NCBI GenBank assembly: GCA_964403825.1
Contig: CAYOHV010000001.1
Span: 1-33,270, forward strand
Origin: an uncultured Bifidobacterium sp.
GTDB taxonomy: Bacteria; Actinomycetota; Acidimicrobiia; Acidimicrobiales; Acidimicrobilacustridaceae
DNA: 33,270 nucleotides
Direction of reading: 5' to 3'
Shown: positions 32,012-33,270 of the stretch, one piece after another
How the letters are laid out: every line of letters begins with the position of its first letter
How positions within the stretch are numbered: the first letter of the stretch is position 1
Made by a program: the position numbers and the translations under genes
The notes under the pieces: model-generated
The model's input: the letters and a program-made list of their open reading frames with translations, nothing else
Databases searched by the model: none
Told to the model about the DNA's origin: nothing

Positions 32012-32084
32012 CAGGGCAGAAGGGACTCGAACCCCCAACCGCCGGTTTTGGAGACCGGTGCTCTACCAATTGAGCTACTGCCCT
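32012..32084 (-). tRNA. tRNA-Trp (CCA); 3'-CCA not encoded
   Basis: AGGGCAGTAGCTCAATTGGTAGAGCACCGGTCTCCAAAACCGGCGGTTGGGGGTTCGAGTCCCTTCTGCCCTG folds as a cloverleaf with anticodon CCA. Confidence 0.96.
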
Positions 32085-32195
32085 AGGGCATTTCCGGATC
32101 CAACAGGGTACCAGTCGACTACTTCGACAGGTCTGGCGGACCGGAAAGGGCAAGCCTAGACCCGCCTCGTGGCCGCTAGCGAACCGAAAAAATTG

Positions 32196-32360
32196 CTAGC
32201 GGGTCTCCTTATGGGCCGTGTGGGCACGGTCCCATTTGCAGTACTTGGTGAGTTCGATCCGCTCACGGTCGTTGATTTTGTTTTTTGTCGTGATGTAGTT
32301 GCGGCGCTTGCACACTTGGCATTCCAAGGTGACTTGCACTCGCTTGTCATTCTTCGCCAC
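32196..32360 (-). CDS. rpmG: 50S ribosomal protein L33
   Basis: Manual translation, GTG start after AGGAG: [54 protein letters not shown] (54 aa). Confidence 0.96.
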   Translation of the reverse strand: MAKNDKRVQVTLECQVCKRRNYITTKNKINDRERIELTKYCKWDRAHTAHKETR

Positions 32361-32377
32361 GTCGGCTCCTCAATTCT

Positions 32378-33270
32378 TTACTTCAGGATTTTGGTGACGC
32401 GACCTGCGCCAACCGTGCGGCCACCCTCACGAATAGCGAAACGAAGACCTTCTTCCATCGCGATCGGGTGAATCAACTCAACGGTCATTTCCGTGTTATC
32501 ACCAGGCATACACATCTCAGTGCCCGCCGGTAACGAAATCTGACCAGTCACATCAGTCGTACGGAAATAAAACTGCGGACGATAATTCGTAAAGAACGGC
32601 TTATGACGACCGCCTTCTTCCTTCGTCAACACATACGTCTGCGCTTCGAACTGCGTATGAGGAGTAATCGAACCCGGCTTGGCTAACACCTGACCACGCT
32701 CAACATCTTCCTTCTTCGTTCCACGCAACAACGCACCAATGTTGTCACCAGCCTGACCTTCATCAAGCAACTTACGGAACATCTCAACACCAGTACACGT
32801 CGTCTTTTGCGTCGGACGAATACCAACAATCTCAATTTCATCACCAGTGCGAACAATGCCCTGCTCAACACGACCAGTCACAACCGTGCCACGACCAGTA
32901 ATGGTGAACACATCCTCAATCGGCATCAAGAACGGCTTATCAGTATCACGAGTCGGCTGCGGAATATACGAATCAACCGCTTCCATCAACTCCAAAATCT
33001 GCGCCTTCGCCGTCTCATCACCCTCAAGAGCCTTCAACGCAGAAACCTTCACCACCGGCACATCATCACCAGGGAACTCATACTCATTCAACAACTCACG
33101 AACCTCAAGCTCCACCAAATCAAGAAGTTCCTCATCATCAACCATGTCAACCTTGTTCAACGCAACCACAATCGCCGGCACACCAACCTGACGTGCCAAC
33201 AACACATGCTCACGCGTCTGCGGCATCGGACCATCAGCAGCCGACACCACCAAAATCGCACCATCAACCT
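32378..33270 (-). CDS. tuf: Elongation factor Tu, second copy (5' part outside window)
   Basis: Same sequence as the 3' 893 nt of the tuf at 15670-16860. Confidence 0.97.
   Translation of the reverse strand, partial: VDGAILVVSAADGPMPQTREHVLLARQVGVPAIVVALNKVDMVDDEELLDLVELEVRELLNEYEFPGDDVPVVKVSALKALEGDETAKAQILELMEAVDSYIPQPTRDTDKPFLMPIEDVFTITGRGTVVTGRVEQGIVRTGDEIEIVGIRPTQKTTCTGVEMFRKLLDEGQAGDNIGALLRGTKKEDVERGQVLAKPGSITPHTQFEAQTYVLTKEEGGRHKPFFTNYRPQFYFRTTDVTGQISLPAGTEMCMPGDNTEMTVELIHPIAMEEGLRFAIREGGRTVGAGRVTKILK

Noticed and set aside
32079-32202. Palindrome TGCCCTAGGGCA at the tRNA 5' end and inverted repeat over the rpmG stop
   Set aside because: Short, with no U-tract and no nearby integrase or att duplication; chance or an ordinary processing structure.

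Overview
Core translation/transcription supercluster of an actinobacterium, probably class Acidimicrobiia (inferred from protein style, e.g. EF-Tu DMPGH and the SecE N-terminus). Every gene is on the minus strand. Order in the direction of transcription: tuf(partial)-rpmG-tRNA-Trp-secE-nusG-rplKA-rplJL-rpoBC-rpsL-rpsG-fusA-tuf-rpsJ-[lipoprotein, SDR]-rplC..rpsQ-spc genes-secY-adk-map-infA-rpmJ-rpsM-rpsK-rpsD(partial). No CRISPR array, mobile element or defence system is visible, and I cannot support a wholly new multi-gene system. The notable oddities lie inside housekeeping genes: (1) RpoC has lost all four cysteines of its second Zn site; (2) infA has no ATG/GTG/TTG start and appears to begin at CTG behind a perfect SD; (3) L22 carries a poly-His-Asp tail; (4) the S10 operon is split after rpsJ by a terminator and two unrelated genes, and rplC has its own promoter and a long structured leader; (5) two apparently identical tuf copies share a strong G/T-ending codon skew.
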